A DNA stretch of 64,000 nt from the human T2T-CHM13v2.0 reference genome, Homo sapiens. The notes beneath the pieces were generated by a model. That model ran no database searches and was not told the origin of the DNA. It saw nothing but the letters and a program-made list of their open reading frames with translations. Positions 10,822-25,455 of the stretch are shown one piece after another. A program made the position numbers and the translations under genes. Location of the stretch: assembly GCF_009914755.1 (NCBI RefSeq), contig NC_060928.1, one strand, 5' to 3'. The first letter of the stretch is position 1. Each line of letters opens with the position of its first letter.

Positions 10822-13800
10822 ATGACAGGATCAGATCAACACATAACGATATTAACCTTAAATGTAAATGGGCTAAATGCCCCAATTAAAAGACAGACTG
10901 GCAAATTGGATAAAGAGTCAAGACCCATCAGTGTGCTGTATTCAGGAGGCTGAACTCACGTCCAAAGACACACATAGGCTCAAAATAAAGGGATGGAGGA
11001 ATATTTACCAAGAAAATGGAAAGCAAAAAAAAAAGCAGGGGTTGCAATCCTAGTCTCTGATAAAACAGACTTTAAACCAACAAAGATAAAAAAAGACAAA
11101 GAAGGGCATTACATAATCATAATGCAACAAGAAAAACTATTCTAAATATATAAGCACCCAATACAGGAGCACCCAGATTCATAAAGCAAGTTCTTAGAGA
11201 CTTACAAAGAGACTTAGACTCCTACACAACAATAGTGAGAGACTTTAACACCCCACTGTCAATATTAGACAGATAAATGGGTCAGAAAATTAACAAGGAT
11301 ATTCAGGACTTGCACTCAGCTCTGTACAGGGTGGACCCTATAGACATCTACAGGACTCTCCACCCCAAATCAACAGAATATATATTCTTCTTAGCACCAC
11401 ATCACACTTATTCTAAAACTGACCACATTATTGGAAGTAAAACACTCCTTAGCAAATGTGAAACAAAGGAAATCATAACAAACAGTCTCTCAGACCACAG
11501 TGCAATCAAATTAGAACAAAGGATTAAGAAAATCACTCAAAACCACACAACTATATGGAAACTGAACACCTGCTCCTGAATGATTACTGGGTAAATAATG
11601 AAATTAAGATGGAAAAAAAGAAGTTCTTTGAAACCAATGAGAATAAAGAGACAATGTACCAGAATCTCTGCGACGCAGCTGAAGCAGTGTTTAGAAAGAA
11701 ATTTAAGCACTAAATGCCCAAAGGAGAAAGGGGGAAAGATCTAAAATCAGCACCCTAACAATACAGTTAAAAGAACTAGAGAAGCAAGAGCAAACAAATT
11801 CAAAAGCTAGCAGAAGACAAGAAATAACTAAGATCAGAGCAGAATTGAAGGAGATAGAGACATGAAAAACCCTTTAAAAAAATCAATGAATCGAGGAGCT
11901 GGTTTTTGAAAAGATTAACAAAACAGACTGCTAGCCAGACTAACAGAGAAGAAAAGAGAGAAGAATCAAATAGACACAATAAAAAATGATAAAGGAGATA
12001 TCACCACTGATCCACAAAAATACAAACTACTATAAGAAAATACTATAAACACCTCTACACAAATAAACTAGAAAATCTAGAAGAAATGGATTAATTCCTG
12101 CACACATGCACCCTCCCAAGACTAAGGAAGGAAGAAGTCAAATTTTTGAATAGACCAATAACGTGTTCAGAAATTGAGGCAGTAATTAATAGCCAACCAA
12201 AAAAAGCCCAGGACCAGACAGATTCACAGCCAAATTCTACCAGAGGTACAAAGAGGAGCTGGCACCATTCCTTCTGAAACTATTCCAAACAATAGAAAAA
12301 GAGGGATGCCTCCCTTGCCAGGTCTGTCTCACAGACCCTGGCCGAGAAATGGATAAAAGGAGTACTCAGACACAGGTATGCTGTGAAAGAGCAGCTAGGG
12401 GACTGCCGGCACTAGGGGCCGAAGAGAGTTAGCAGTCCTGATAAGCCAGAGCTGCTTGTATTTATTCAGTACTGGTATAATGTCAAAGGCCTGTAGCCAA
12501 CACAATATGTGGGTAATTAACATGGTCGTCCTCTCTTACAGGGAGCAGTCTTGCACGTGGATGATCAAAGGTCAGTCTCCAGATGACATAAGTAATAAAC
12601 TTATCTAGATAGATTTCTTTACACTCCCTTGTTACCTACTCCTCGCCCTTAGCCTCAGGGTAAGAGAATTAGCTGCCTTCAGCTTTAGTCTCTCCCAAAG
12701 CTTTTGCAAGACTTTCCAACATTTCAAGAAGGTTTGTGTCTTTCCTTACAGCTTCTCCCACCACCCTGACTGATCTCTTACACCCACTAACTGATTTTAT
12801 GAGGCCAGCATCATCCTTATTCCAAAATCTAGCAGAGACACAACAAAAGAAGAAAATTTCGGGCCAAGATCCCTGATGAACATCAATGCAAAAATACTCA
12901 ATAAAATACTGGCAAGCCAAATCCAGCAGCACATCAAAAAGCTTATCCAACACAATCAAGTTGGTTTCATCTCTGGGATGCAAAGCTGGTTCGACATACA
13001 CAAATCAATAAACGTAATCCATCACATAAACAGAACCAATGACAAAACCACATGATTATCTCAATAGATGCAGAAAAGGCCTTGGATAAAATTCAACACC
13101 GCTTCATGCTAAAAACTCTCAATAAACTAGGTATTGATGAAATGTATCTCAAAATAATCAGAGCTATTCATGACAAACCCACAGCCAATATCATACTGAA
13201 TGGGCAAAAGCTGGAAGCATTCCCTTTGAAAACCGGCACAAGACAAGGATGCCCTCTCTTACCACTCCTAGTCAACATAGTGTTGGAAGTTCTGGTCAGG
13301 ACAATCAGGCAAGAGAAAGAAATAAGGGGTATTCAAATAGGAAGAGAGGAAGTCAAATTGTCTCTGTTTGCAGATGACATAATTGTGTATTTAGAAAACC
13401 CCATCATCTCAGCCCAAAATCTCCTTAAGCTGATAAGTAACTTCAGCAAAGTCTCAGGATAGAAAATCAATATACAAAAATCACAAGCATTCCTATATAC
13501 CAATAATAGACAAACAGAAAGCCAAATTATGAGTGAACTACCATTCACAATTGCTACAAAGAGAATGAAATACCTAGGAACACAACTTACAAAGGATGTG
13601 AAGAATCTCTTCAAGGAGAACTACAAACCACTGCTCAAGGCAATAAGAGAGAACACAAACAAATGGCAAAATATTTCATGCTCATGTATAGGAATAACCA
13701 GTATCATGAAAACGGCCATACTGCCCAAGGTAATTTATAGATTCAATGCCATCCCCATCAAGCTACCAATGACTTTCTTCACAGAATTGGAAAAAACTAC

Positions 13801-15091
13801 TTTAAAGTTCATATGGAACCAAAAAGAGCCCACATTGCCAAGACCATCCTAAGCAAAAAGAACAAAGCTGGAGGCATCACACTACCTGACTTCAAACTAT
13901 ACTACAAGCCTACAGTAACCAAAACAACATGGTACTGGTACCAAAATAGATATATAGACCAATGGAACAGAACAGAGGCCTCAGAAGTAATGCCACACAT
14001 CTTCAACCATCTGATCTTCGACAAACCTGACAAAAAGAAGCAATGGGGAAAGGATTCCCTATTTAATAAATGGTGCCGGGAAAACCGGCTAGCCATACGC
14101 AGAAAACTGAAACTGGATCCCTTCCTTACATCTTATACAAAAATTAACTCACGATGGATTAAAGACTTAAATGTAAGATATAAAAGCATAAAAACCCTAG
14201 AAGAAAACCTAGGCAATACCATTCAAGACATAGGCATCAACAAAGACCTCATGACTAAAACAGTAAAATCAATAGCAACAAAAGGCAAAATTGACAAATG
14301 GGTTCTAATTAAACTAAAGAGCTTCTGCACAGCAAAAGAAACTATCATTAGAATGAACAGGCAAGCTACAGAGTGGGAGAAAATTTTTCAATCTATCCAT
14401 CTGACAAAGGGCTAATATCCAGAATCTACAAGGAACATAAACAAATTTACAAGAAAATCAAACAACCACATCAAAAGTGGGTAAAGGATATGAACAGACA
14501 CTTCTCAAAAGAAGATATTTATGTGGCCAACAAACATATGAAAAAAAGCTCATCATCATTGGTCATTAGAGAAATACAAATCAAAACCACAATGAGATAC
14601 CATCTCACACCAGTTAGAATGGCAATCATTATAAAGTCAGGAAACAACAGATGCTGGAGAGGATGTTGAGAAATAGGAGCCCTTTTACACTGTTGGTGGG
14701 AGTGTAAATTAGTTCAACCATTGTGGAAGACAGTGTGGTGATTTCTCAGAGATCCAGAGCCAGAAATACCATTTGACCCAGCAATCCAATTACTGGGTAC
14801 ATACTCAAAGATTATAAATCATTCTACTATAAAGATACATGCACACATATGTTTATTGCAGCACTGTTCAAAATAGCAAAGACTTGGAACCAACCCAAAT
14901 GCCCATCAATGATAGACTGGATAAAGAAAATGTGGCACATACACACCATGGAATACTATGCAGCCATAAAAAAGGGTGAGTTCGTGTCCTTTTCAGGGAC
15001 ATGGATGAAGCTGGAAACCATCATTCTCAGCAAACTAACACAGGAACAGAAAACCAAACACTGCATGTTCTCACTCTTAAGTGGGAGTTGA
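10822..15091 (+). pseudogene. L1 ORF2 remnant (EN/RT/C-terminal), multiple disruptions and an LTR insertion
   Basis: atgacagga start; ORF fragments at 11277, 13052, 13529, 13813, 14373 and 14849 align to ORF2p. Confidence 0.88.
12316..12782 (-). mobile_element. Solo LTR, LTR22-like (HERV-K22/HML-5)
   Basis: Minus strand starts TGTAAGAGATCAGTCAGGGTGGTGGGAGAAG...GGAAAGACACAAACCTTCTTG and ends ...CAGACCTGGCA; L1 ORF2 resumes colinearly; imperfect 6-bp TSD ctccct/cccact. Confidence 0.8.
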
Positions 15092-15309
15092 ACAATGAGA
15101 ACACATGGACACAGGGAGGGGAAGGAACATCACACACCGAGGTCTGTCAGGGGGTGGGCGGCTAGGAGAGGAATAGCATTAGGAGAAATACTTAATGTAG
15201 ATGACCGGTTGATGGGTGCAGCAAACTGCATGTCACGTGTATACCTATGTAACAAAACTGCACATTCTGCACAGGTATTGCAGAACTTAAAGTATAATAA
15301 AAATTATTT

Positions 15310-15665
15310 TTAATTGTCATACAGTAAAATGAGTCTTTTTTATTTTGATAAATTAACTATAAATTTTAAAACATGTATAGATTTGTGTAACAGCTCTATA
15401 GTTAGTATTCGGAACAGTTCTCCCTCACCTCCAAAAATTCACTTGTGCTATTCATTATGATCATCTTCTAAGCTCTGGTACAATATTACACAAATACACA
15501 ATTGTTTGAGATTGACTAGCTTCTTTCATTAAGCATAATGCCTTTGAAGCCCATCCAAGTTATTGTATATATCAACAGTTTGTCCCTTTTTATTGCTGAA
15601 TAATATTCTATGGCATCAAAATGCCCCCACATATTATTTAATCTATTCACTCACTGAAGGCTGTG
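15310..15665 (-). mobile_element. Old L1M (L1MC/MD-like) 3' fragment
   Basis: agcttctttcattaagcataatgcctttgaagcccatccaagtt...ttttattgctgaataatattctatgg. Confidence 0.6.
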
Positions 15666-15849
15666 AATCTAGATTCATTTAATATTTCCTGTCACCAAGA
15701 TAAGGAGAGTCTTCCATAGCCTTTAAGAAATTTCTGTATCTCACTAATAATTTAGAATGTTGATTTTTTTCTCTGTCCTACATTTTTCTTTTCTAATATG
15801 CTATCTCTTCTTTATCTTCTTATGCAAATAAATAAGTAATGTGATATAT

Positions 15850-16080
15850 TGGTTAGGGGTACAGCTTCTGGAGCCAGATTTCATAGGTTGAATTTCGACT
15901 CTACAACTTGCTCATTGTACAACATTTGCATGTTACTTAATTTTTATGGACTTCAGCTTTTCCATCTGTAAAATAAAGATAATAATTTCTACCTGTTAAT
16001 TTTCTTAAGATTAAAAGAAGTAGTACATGCAAACTTTTTGAAAACTGCTAGACACATAATTTTACTTAAAAATATTAAGT
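15850..16080 (+). mobile_element. MIR fragment
   Basis: ggttaggggtacagcttctggagccaga...gttacttaa...cttcagcttttccatctgtaaaat. Confidence 0.65.
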
Positions 16081-17433
16081 ATCCCCATACTTCTATAATT
16101 GGACATAATTAAAATAATATATCAACAAATTTCAAACCATAATTTTATATGTGTATACATATAGGTACTTAATAGGTTTTAGTTGAGCTTCCAGTGTTAA
16201 ATACTAACCATAAGGCCTAAAATTAGGTATGTGACAGGTATAATGCTTGCAGGGTAGACAGATCATGGGAAAATTCATCAACACCACCTGGAAAACTGCT
16301 GTGGGAACTAATGATAAGGAGTTTTAAATGTTATATTGGAATTTCTTGAACTAACTACAGTTGAATTTTCAGCAGCAAAATATATGCACTGATTTTTGTT
16401 GCAGTTTGACAAAAAGGACCCAACTGCAATCCCAGTTTATATATTCCCATGATCCTTCCTTTTTCAGAGGAGAAAAGAAAGAATGTGTGATTATAAAAGC
16501 AAAGAACCCTCCATTTTTCCTGCTCATTGTTAAAAAATACTGTTTTTATTTGTTTTTTTGGACATTGATCTTTTAGAAATATTTATATTTGCTTTTTCTT
16601 CTTATTCAGAAGGGCAAGGGTAGGCTCAGGGTTTTGTGCAGAGATAATATTAAGTGTTTGATATTTAACCAAAGCTTACACAAATCTGTTTGGATCACTA
16701 ATATGTTGTGATTACAGTGAAAATCTGTTAAGATACAGATTTTCCTTGAATGTCCAAGTGCCTCTGGCTTATAAATAAAGCCACAACATTTAATCTGAGC
16801 ACTTTTGGAATAAGATGGAAAATGACAAATTTACCCTCCTCCTGAAAACAAACAAAATTAAAACTGTCTTCTCTCATCTCCTCAAAGAAAAAAAACAAAT
16901 ACAGACAGAAATAAAATACACTGCCACACATATATAACACAAAAGTCATAATCCGTGGTGACTCTTCTTCACAAAGACAAAAGTACATATATTCCTTTAT
17001 CCGTGTCCTCTTTTTTTCTGGCACAATTTACTTAGGATTTGTCATATGCTTTCACAAATTTTTCTGTTCTAATGGAATGCCATTTGTCTACCTTGGACTA
17101 TAGAACTCTTGACATAGTCTATATGCCTATCTGTGTAAGCTATGACCATATTCTCCAATTTACATGACTCTTTTTGATATGTGACATTGTCATTTATCTC
17201 CTCTGACATTTTCTTTGGCTTATACATTTTCTTTCTTTTTTTTTTCTGCCATTTCTTCTGCAACCACTCTTAAGAAAACCAGATAAACATTGTAATTGGA
17301 TTTGAATGTCTTCCACTAATATTTCTGTTAATTTCTCCCTTTTCCATATCCTATTCATTTGTATCAAATATATTTCTAAGTCACTTCTTTCTCATACCTC
17401 TGCTCAAAAGTCTATTCCTTCCCCATATCTGTT

Positions 17434-17794
17434 TGTATTAGTCTGTTCTCATGCTGCTGATATAGACAAACTGGAGACTGGGTAATTTATAAAGAAAAAG
17501 AGGTTTAATGGAATCACAGTTCCACGTGGCTAGGGAGGCCTCACAATCATGGTGGAAGGCAAAAGCCACGTCTTACAGGGCAGCAGACAGAGAGAATGAG
17601 AACCAAGCGAAAGGGGTTTCTCCTTATAAAACCATCAGATCTTGTGGAAGTTATTCACTACAAGGAGAACAGTATGGGGGAAACTGCCTTCATGATTCAA
17701 TACTCTGTCACCAGGTCCCTCCCACAACACATGGGAGTTATGGGAGCTACAATTCAAGTTGAGATTTGGGTGGGGACACAGCCAAACCACATCA
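17434..17794 (-). mobile_element. THE1 (B/C-like) MaLR solo LTR
   Basis: tgtattagtctgttctcatgctgct ... gagatttgggtggggacacagccaaaccacatca; perfect 5-bp TSD ctgtt at 17429-17433 and 17795-17799. Confidence 0.92.
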
Positions 17795-18039
17795 CTGTTC
17801 CATGTATAGTCTGCCAACAACTTATATGATAGCAAGTCCTATCTCATTATTGTTTCAGTAAAACATTTGTAGTCATCCTTAATTCTTGCTTTGTCTTTAT
17901 ATCTACTTGTACACCAATCAATCAGATAATAATTTTTTTCTCTTAATTGATAATATTGAGAAGGCAAACTATTCTGACTTCTCAACTGCTACCTCCTTGT
18001 GGATTAACCACAACACTTCATGTATGTATAACTGCATAG

Positions 18040-18530
18040 ATTGTTCCAAATTATCCTAAAACTGTGTGACTTTAAAGCAATAGCTTATTTTTCTGCATTA
18101 TTATTTGGGTTGAGGTGGCTAGCTGAATGGTTCTCACTAAGGCCTTTCAGGCAGTCAGTTGATGCATGAGCTCAAATGTCCAAGACGGCTTACTCCCTTG
18201 GCTGGCAGTTGGTGCTGGCTATTGAAAGAAGCTCAGCTGGGACTGTCCACTGGACTGTCTACATACGGACTTTCCATGAAGCTTGGTTTTCTAACAGCCT
18301 GGGGGCTAGTTTCTAAGCTGGAGCTTCCCAAGAATGAGTTTCAAGAGTCTTAGTTCAAAGTTGCAGGACTTCTTATGAAGTCCTTCTTCAACTTCCATTT
18401 CATCATACAGTCAACCCCAGATTTAAAGGTAGAGGAATGAGACTCCACTTCTTAATAGTGAAGACCAGCATGTGCATGACACAGGGTAGGAAGTAATTGG
18501 TGATCACTTTGGGGACTCTTGGCCATAGCC
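18040..18530 (-). mobile_element. Old MLT1 MaLR LTR (MLT1J/K-like)
   Basis: gctggcagttggtgctggct...ctctccatg-like motif, ccagatttaaaggtagaggaatgagactccacttcttaat. Confidence 0.55.
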
Positions 18531-18569
18531 TCTCACTTTTCTCTTTGTTTCTATCTTTGCCCTCTTTCA

Positions 18570-18960
18570 CTCTATTATTGCTGAGTCCTCAAGAGTAGTC
18601 GTTTCTATACACCCCAGATTATGTTAGTCCTTCGTTCAAAACCCTGCAGTGGCTCCTCATTTCATCTGAAGGCCAAAGTCCTTAAAATGACCTAGGATAC
18701 CATTCACACTTTGGCTCCCTGTTACCTCTCTAAACTTATTTTCTATGACCATTCTGCTTTAGCCACACTGGCTTCCTTATAGCTTTTCTTAAACAATTCA
18801 GATATTCTTCTGAACAAGGACATTTTCATTGACTATTTCCATTGTCTGAAATGTTCTTCATTCAGCTAACTATATGATTATATCCCTCATCTGTTGCAAG
18901 CCTTTGTTTAAATGTCACGTTCTCAAGGAGGTCTAACTTGAATATCCAATTTGGAATTGC
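18570..18960 (+). mobile_element. L2 LINE fragment
   Basis: ttcaaaaccctgcagtggctcc...aaagtccttaaaatgacct...tagccacactggcttcctt...ttaaatgtcac. Confidence 0.6.
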
Positions 18961-19012
18961 AACTCCATCCTAGGACAGGGGTTCCCAGTTTAAGGTAGGA
19001 TGCTTCCTTAAT

Positions 19013-19130
19013 TTCTTTTTTTTTTTTCTTTTTTTCATACAGAATTTCACTGTCACCCCGGCTGGAGTGCAGTGGCATAATCTCGGCTCACTGCAACCTC
19101 CCCCTCCTGGGTTCAAGTAATTCTCGTGCT
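19013..19130 (-). mobile_element. 5'-truncated Alu (right-arm end)
   Basis: Poly-T followed by ggctggagtgcagtggcataatctcggctcactgcaacctcc. Confidence 0.85.
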
Positions 19131-21244
19131 TTAATAGGGACCTTGATTTGTTGCATGGTCTGATGCATTTTTGCTCCTCTGTAAGCCATTAGAGGTGAGT
19201 TTTGGAGAACAATAATTTTGAATAACATTGAAAATCTAAGAATAATTTTGGCTTGGTTTTGAAGGACATCTCATTATTTGGCATTGTATGTACCTGGGCT
19301 GTATTCTGAGTCACCTGTACCTGTACTCGGCTGCTGTCTCACTGAAGAGCTCTGTCAGCATTACCATATCTGAAGAGATTTAGCTCCCTTAACATGTTCT
19401 ACATTAGTCAAGCACCTTATTTCCTCCATTCCTTGCCCCACTGTAAGAAATGTCCTCTGCTCTTTTCAGCATTTCATTTGTTTTCAAATGTCTTCTCAGC
19501 TTGTATCCTTCTTTCTGTCCCTGCTCCACGTATCCGTGTTACAATTTCCCATTGTTAATGTAGTCAGTTTCATGGGAATATCTTTTAATACAATGGTCTG
19601 AAGCTCTTGCAAGAGGTCCTTTGGATCAAAACAGCTTTCAAAATAGTACCAAAATCTTATTTGTATTTCATACTCTTGTTCTATAAAAGGGCAGCGTTAA
19701 ATTCAGATCTGTTGATAAATTAGGTTCTGCAGTGCATCACAGGATATCATATCCTGTGGTTTCCAAATAGGGTAAAAAAAATCACACTCATGTTTTCCAA
19801 ATAGTGTGGACAAAATAAGAAAAATAAATACATCGCAAACTTGGGTTAAAAAGTATAATTGCAAAGCCAGGTAAAAAAGTTCTAGTGTGAAACTCTGAGA
19901 AACAGACTACTAAAATGTTTTCTTTAGTCAAAGAAATTCCAGCCCTAATTATTAGCACCTAATCATGATACTTCAGCTGATGGGTGTGATTCCTGATTGG
20001 ACCATTGTCAATGATATATGAGGTGTTAGACTGAGAACAAGGTTAAGACAAGGTGTCAACTGCCACATTTGGAATAGATTGAACTCTCCTTCCCAGCCCT
20101 ATTGTTAACAGCCCCTTAACACCTTTTTTTATACTGCCTAGGCCTGGGAGGAGTAATTTGGAGGCCAGGTAAGACAGTACAGCTGGAAGTACTTGTCTAC
20201 TGTACACATAACCTTCTTCATACAAAGAGTTATGCTGTACTCTAAAGAGACTTGAATTCTGCTGGATGAACCATTTTATCCATTTAACTACAGCCCCCCT
20301 CTCCTTTTGAAAACTACCCAACCACACAATAATTCAAGGAAACAATTGAATCAAATACATTGATTAAATACCTCTTTTACAGACATACTGAGAGATCCTA
20401 TATCAACAAATTACTGAGATATCAAACACAAACAGGACCTAGGCTTTAAATGGCTTTACCAGAAAAGATAATGGAATTATACTAAATAAACCAATTTTAA
20501 TTTAAAGGGCTTCTTGTAAAATCAACTATTCATATTTGCAAGGTGACTTAAGTGGTACATGAGAGAGGCTGTAATCTAAAAAGAAGAAAACAAATCTACT
20601 TCTTACACTAAGGGTGTATGTATCACCCCAGCTGCCCTGGTTCAAGGCTATGAAAGAAGGAAAACATTAAGGGACTATAGAAAGAGCCTTGTTTCCGGAG
20701 GTGCTGAGAGCCAGCAGATGGGAGTTCAATACTAGCCCTGACACCAGCCAAAAGTGCTCCTTCACTTCTGTAGATGCCATTTTCTTTGACTATAAGATTA
20801 GGAAAAATCGAATCTCCCATGCAGATCTGAAAATCCTATGGCTTTAAGTAAATATGTAATTTTAAGCCCATAGATGTGGTGGAAATGCCAGCTGCAGGCA
20901 CGTGTCCTCTGAAGCATATCAGTCTGCGATGAGGGGCTCTCTTTTGAACTAAGTTGTCGCTCCGATTTCTGACTGTCTCCCAGGCCCTGTCCCTGCAATC
21001 ATTCAAAGAACAGACTCCCTCAACTGTGCAATACAAACGAAAGAGAAGTGACAGGCACTCAGAGGTCTTGGCCACCAACATACGTTCTTGTGGGACAGTG
21101 CCACAAACCTTCAACCCTTACAGCCACAAGGTCAACAAATCAAGTAAAAAGAGGTGGATGCATCTACGTAATCAAAGATATGACTGGCTAACACTTTTAT
21201 AAGGGACCATAAAGGGAAAGGAGAAATTTGGTGATCTAAAATTA

Positions 21245-21660
<416 letters not shown>

Positions 21661-23898
21661 TCAATGTATTCATATTAATCACACGAATTCTTTAGAATGC
21701 ATTTTGACATAACCTGACCCCATAGAAACCTTATTGTATGTTAGTCTTAGTTTAAATGTTTTCATGCAATATGTGACTGATATTTTTAATCAGAACCACA
21801 TTCATTTGTGTACCCTAAATCCCCTGAAGCCCTCATTAAAAATGAAAAGTCTTCTGTCTAATAACTCTTGAGGTTGTTGCATTTCACAAGCTCACCATTA
21901 CCTCTTCCTGAATTTTATTTTCCTGCTTGGTCAACAGGAACTGTTTGCTGCCTTTGGATTTTTCAGGTCCCCAAATATGTCTAAGGTAAAAGTTGGCACT
22001 GAATTCTAAGCTAGATTTGCCACTTGAGATCCTGGGTGAGATGAAATAATCTGCTAAGATAATAATACTCTCATAATCTCCACTTATTAAACTGTCAAGT
22101 GTGGCAACAGTCTTTGTTAGCATTTGCTCTTTTTACTTCTTTTCTAGTAGTCAGCAATGAAAGTTCCCTCCCACCTCCAACGCATACATATAAGTTTATC
22201 ATTACTTCTATTTCTTATGGGAGGGATTGTAAAATTTTTTTTTGCTGAGATACTTATGTCAGTTTTTAAGAAAAATACATATATCAATATATGAGGCATT
22301 TGAAGTGTTTTTCTTTCTGTGTGCTGGTGTAAATTAGTTGACTCCTTTTAATCTTCTGTATTTACCAAACAATTTTATGTTCATATACATTATTTACAAG
22401 GTTTTCTCTAGTTTCCCCAGAAGTCTTAAACATGTATTCATATTTATTGCTGAAAAATTATCTAAATAGCCATCAATGATGCAGATAGTTTTGGTAGTTG
22501 GCATAGGTCTTCACACAAAGTTGAAAGTTAGTGACAGAGTTTGCAATTCAGAGGTGAAAGAACTGGCAACTAACAGCAAAAATGAGGATGTTTTTAGATA
22601 GGCATGATCAGAAACATCCTTCTTCCTTTGCCTTCCAATTCATCTCAGGTTAATGACATTAATTCCACAGGAAAGAGTGTGTCTGCCATCTCAATAGTTA
22701 AAAGAATTAGCTTGACTTCCAAGGGTAGCTGCACAGGAGTACCAAGCAATAAAGAGCCTGGGAGCTGGGAATGAGAAACAATTAGAGAACACTTCATTAA
22801 TGCTTAATGATGCGGAGCGGGCACACAGCAAAGCTGATTGTGTGCTCTGTCTTAGCCAATGATGCTCACACAATGCCAGGGTGGTGTTATAAATGCCTCT
22901 GCTCTATAGGCTATGGATGAAAGAAGGCAGAAGATAAAATTATCTGGGGAAACTTAGTATGACAATTTGGAGAGAAACCAGAAAATGACCACTGTGGATT
23001 CTACTGCCAATCTCAGTGCAGGGTTAGAACATTTTATATACTTTTCATATTTGGTTCTCTAAGCCTAATTCCTAATAGGCATGGCTAAATCCCACTGAGG
23101 ATTTCTGTTCCTAATAATGCATTAAGCATCTCAGTTGGAAGGTCCCATAAAGCATTTCCCCCTGCTTTTTTCTCTATCACACTGTGGCGAAAAAGGATTA
23201 AAAAAACACTGCACAGGTGCAACTTGCAGCTGTTGAGGGTAAACTCTGTTCTAGTATATTAATTTATATCCCACCAGGGGAATTGAAGAATAGTTTAGTT
23301 CCCATAAAAAGAAAAAAAAAATTGTCTTCATCAAAGAAGAAAGAAATTTCCCATCCAGATTACAAAATTATTCCTGGTCAAAGGGGCCTTTATAAATGCA
23401 ATTTCCTAATCCAATCAAAAGACCACAAAAGTAAACAGGGAATTTCTCTGCTTTGGTTTAAAATTGTTTGTTTAAAATTACATGTGTGTGTGTAGGTATA
23501 TACACATATATAAATATATTATAGACACTAGTGTATGAATACATATAAAACCCCAAGAAGCCCCATTTTAGTAAAAGTTTAAGTCGTTAAAGATAATCAA
23601 GCCAGACCTATGCCATCATAGTCTTTCACTGTGCTTAATTCCTGCAGCAAAATAAAAATTAATGACAACATATACATTTATATTACACAGTGATTTTTCA
23701 AAAAGTAAATCACATATTGTGTATCCCTACTATAAAAAAAGAGGCTTTATCTTCTTTACTTCCTATAACTTCATCTAAAGCTGTGTATGTTTACCACTAG
23801 TGTTCAAAACTATCAAAACTATGACCACTGAGGTATAAATTTTAAACTATTAAATGAAGACTCACATAAGCTCAGTCTGGTATAGTGGAAATAGCAAT

Positions 23899-24068
23899 AG
23901 AAAAAAAGAAAGAGAAAAAAAGAAAAGGAAGAAAGAAGGAAGGAAAGGGAAGGGGAAGGAACGGAAAGAAGGAAGGAAAGGAGGGAGGAGGGAAAAAGAA
24001 GGGGAATGGGCAGAGAAAGAGGAAGAGGAAAAGGAGAGAGAGATGGGAAGAGAGCAGGGGAGGCAGAG
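23899..24068. repeat. Purine-rich (GAA/GGAA) low-complexity tract
   Basis: Almost pure A/G tract. Confidence 0.85.
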
Positions 24069-25455
24069 GCCTGTTATATTGACCCTCCCATAATTACTGG
24101 CTCCAGGATGATTTTTAACTACTGGAAGTTTCATTTCCTTCCAAATGGACAATAGTTTCTAACTTGCTTACCTTCCAGAATCATCATAGAAATTCACTAA
24201 AATAATCATCAAAACCCTATTGTAATCTGTAAAGAATTATGTGAGCCTATTATGCTCTTTGTAACCCAGATCATCCTGTCCTTTGATATTTTCATAAAAT
24301 TATTTTGGTTCCTCTATCATGCCTTGTGAAAATCCGTTGCTTCTATAAAATTTGTGTAGCTGCTACATATTTATGGTCACTTACATCTCTGTGTTCTTGT
24401 GGTTTACACTAAACTCTCTACCTAATTGGTGTCAATGATTCTTGTGGCCATTCTCTTCTCTTTGACCTGACTCAGAGTGTAGATGAAATTCCTTATTATT
24501 CACGAAGTATTAGCCATGCAGGGCATGTTTTCCACAGAATCTGGCATTCAGCACCTATAATGCTTTGGCCTTTCCTGGCAGGGTGAATTCTCACGCCTCC
24601 TATTTCTTTATCCAGCTTCCACTAAGTTATCTCCCTGTATTTTCGTTTTCTCTCTTCCTGTCTCTCAGCCGCCCCCAATTTAAAGTTTATTTTTTATAGA
24701 GCCATATATCTGTTACTGCTTTATATTCTCTTCTAAACAAGGACGTGTGAGAAGCTGAAGGGCATCTCAATTTTAGCGCCCAAAATGGAAAATAGAAACA
24801 AACAACAACAACAACAAAACAACAACAAAAAATGCTTTCTAGAAAAAGATGGTGGTCCTCCATTTTGGATAGAAAAACTGATTTAAAATGTTTCATACAA
24901 TGTTTTAGTTGCCCATTCATAAATCTAGAAATCACAAGTATATGGTGCTTATATCCTAATATCCTCTTACAAACATGATCCTTTGTCCTGTGGAACTCAG
25001 AAACACCACTGAGGTTCTGGTTGATACACTGCTGCTTTCCAACCCTGGAAGACTGGGATTGGCACAGCAGACAATACCTCTTTGCTATCTACATCTTGTC
25101 TTAGAATGTAGGGACTAAGGCAAGAATGAGAAACATTGCATTAATTCTTTCGCTGAGTATATACCAGTGCGTTGGGCTCTTTAATGACTGCTCAGAATAC
25201 ACACATGATGGCTTTTGTAAAGATGACACTCTAGTGAAAGAGGCACAGGTCAATAAATAAGTGAAGGAAAGTTTAACCTCTTACTTGGTTGAAGTATAGT
25301 TGAGGCTTTGTGAGAACACACAAGAAGGTCTCAGTGTACAGCTGAGCTTACGAAAGACTTCACAAGGAGGGAGCACTTTAGATCTGCCTTGAGAATAAAC
25401 AATTTAAAAGGTGGATAAGTAAAAGGCCAGAAAAGTCACTCTAGGAAGGAGGAAC

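Larger units (their letters stand above)
8396..15303 (+). mobile_element. Full-length decayed LINE-1 (L1PA7-like), interrupted by a solo LTR
   Basis: 5' caagatggccgaa start, about 1.3 kb 5'UTR, fragmented ORF1 and ORF2 (RT motif LFADD in ORF 13052-13462), 3' UTR gtagatgaccggttgatgggtgcagcaaac...cagaacttaaagtataataaaa. Confidence 0.93.

Noticed and set aside
8381-15320. TSD for the L1PA7-like element (aaaatttcat vs taattgtcat)
   Set aside because: Too degenerate and AT-rich to call.
20600-21210. Cluster of short ORFs in unique sequence
   Set aside because: No recognisable homology or coding signal; a lncRNA exon or enhancer cannot be judged from sequence alone.
23854-24152. Charged or Phe/Ser-rich ORFs on both strands
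   Set aside because: Artefacts of the GA-rich tract.
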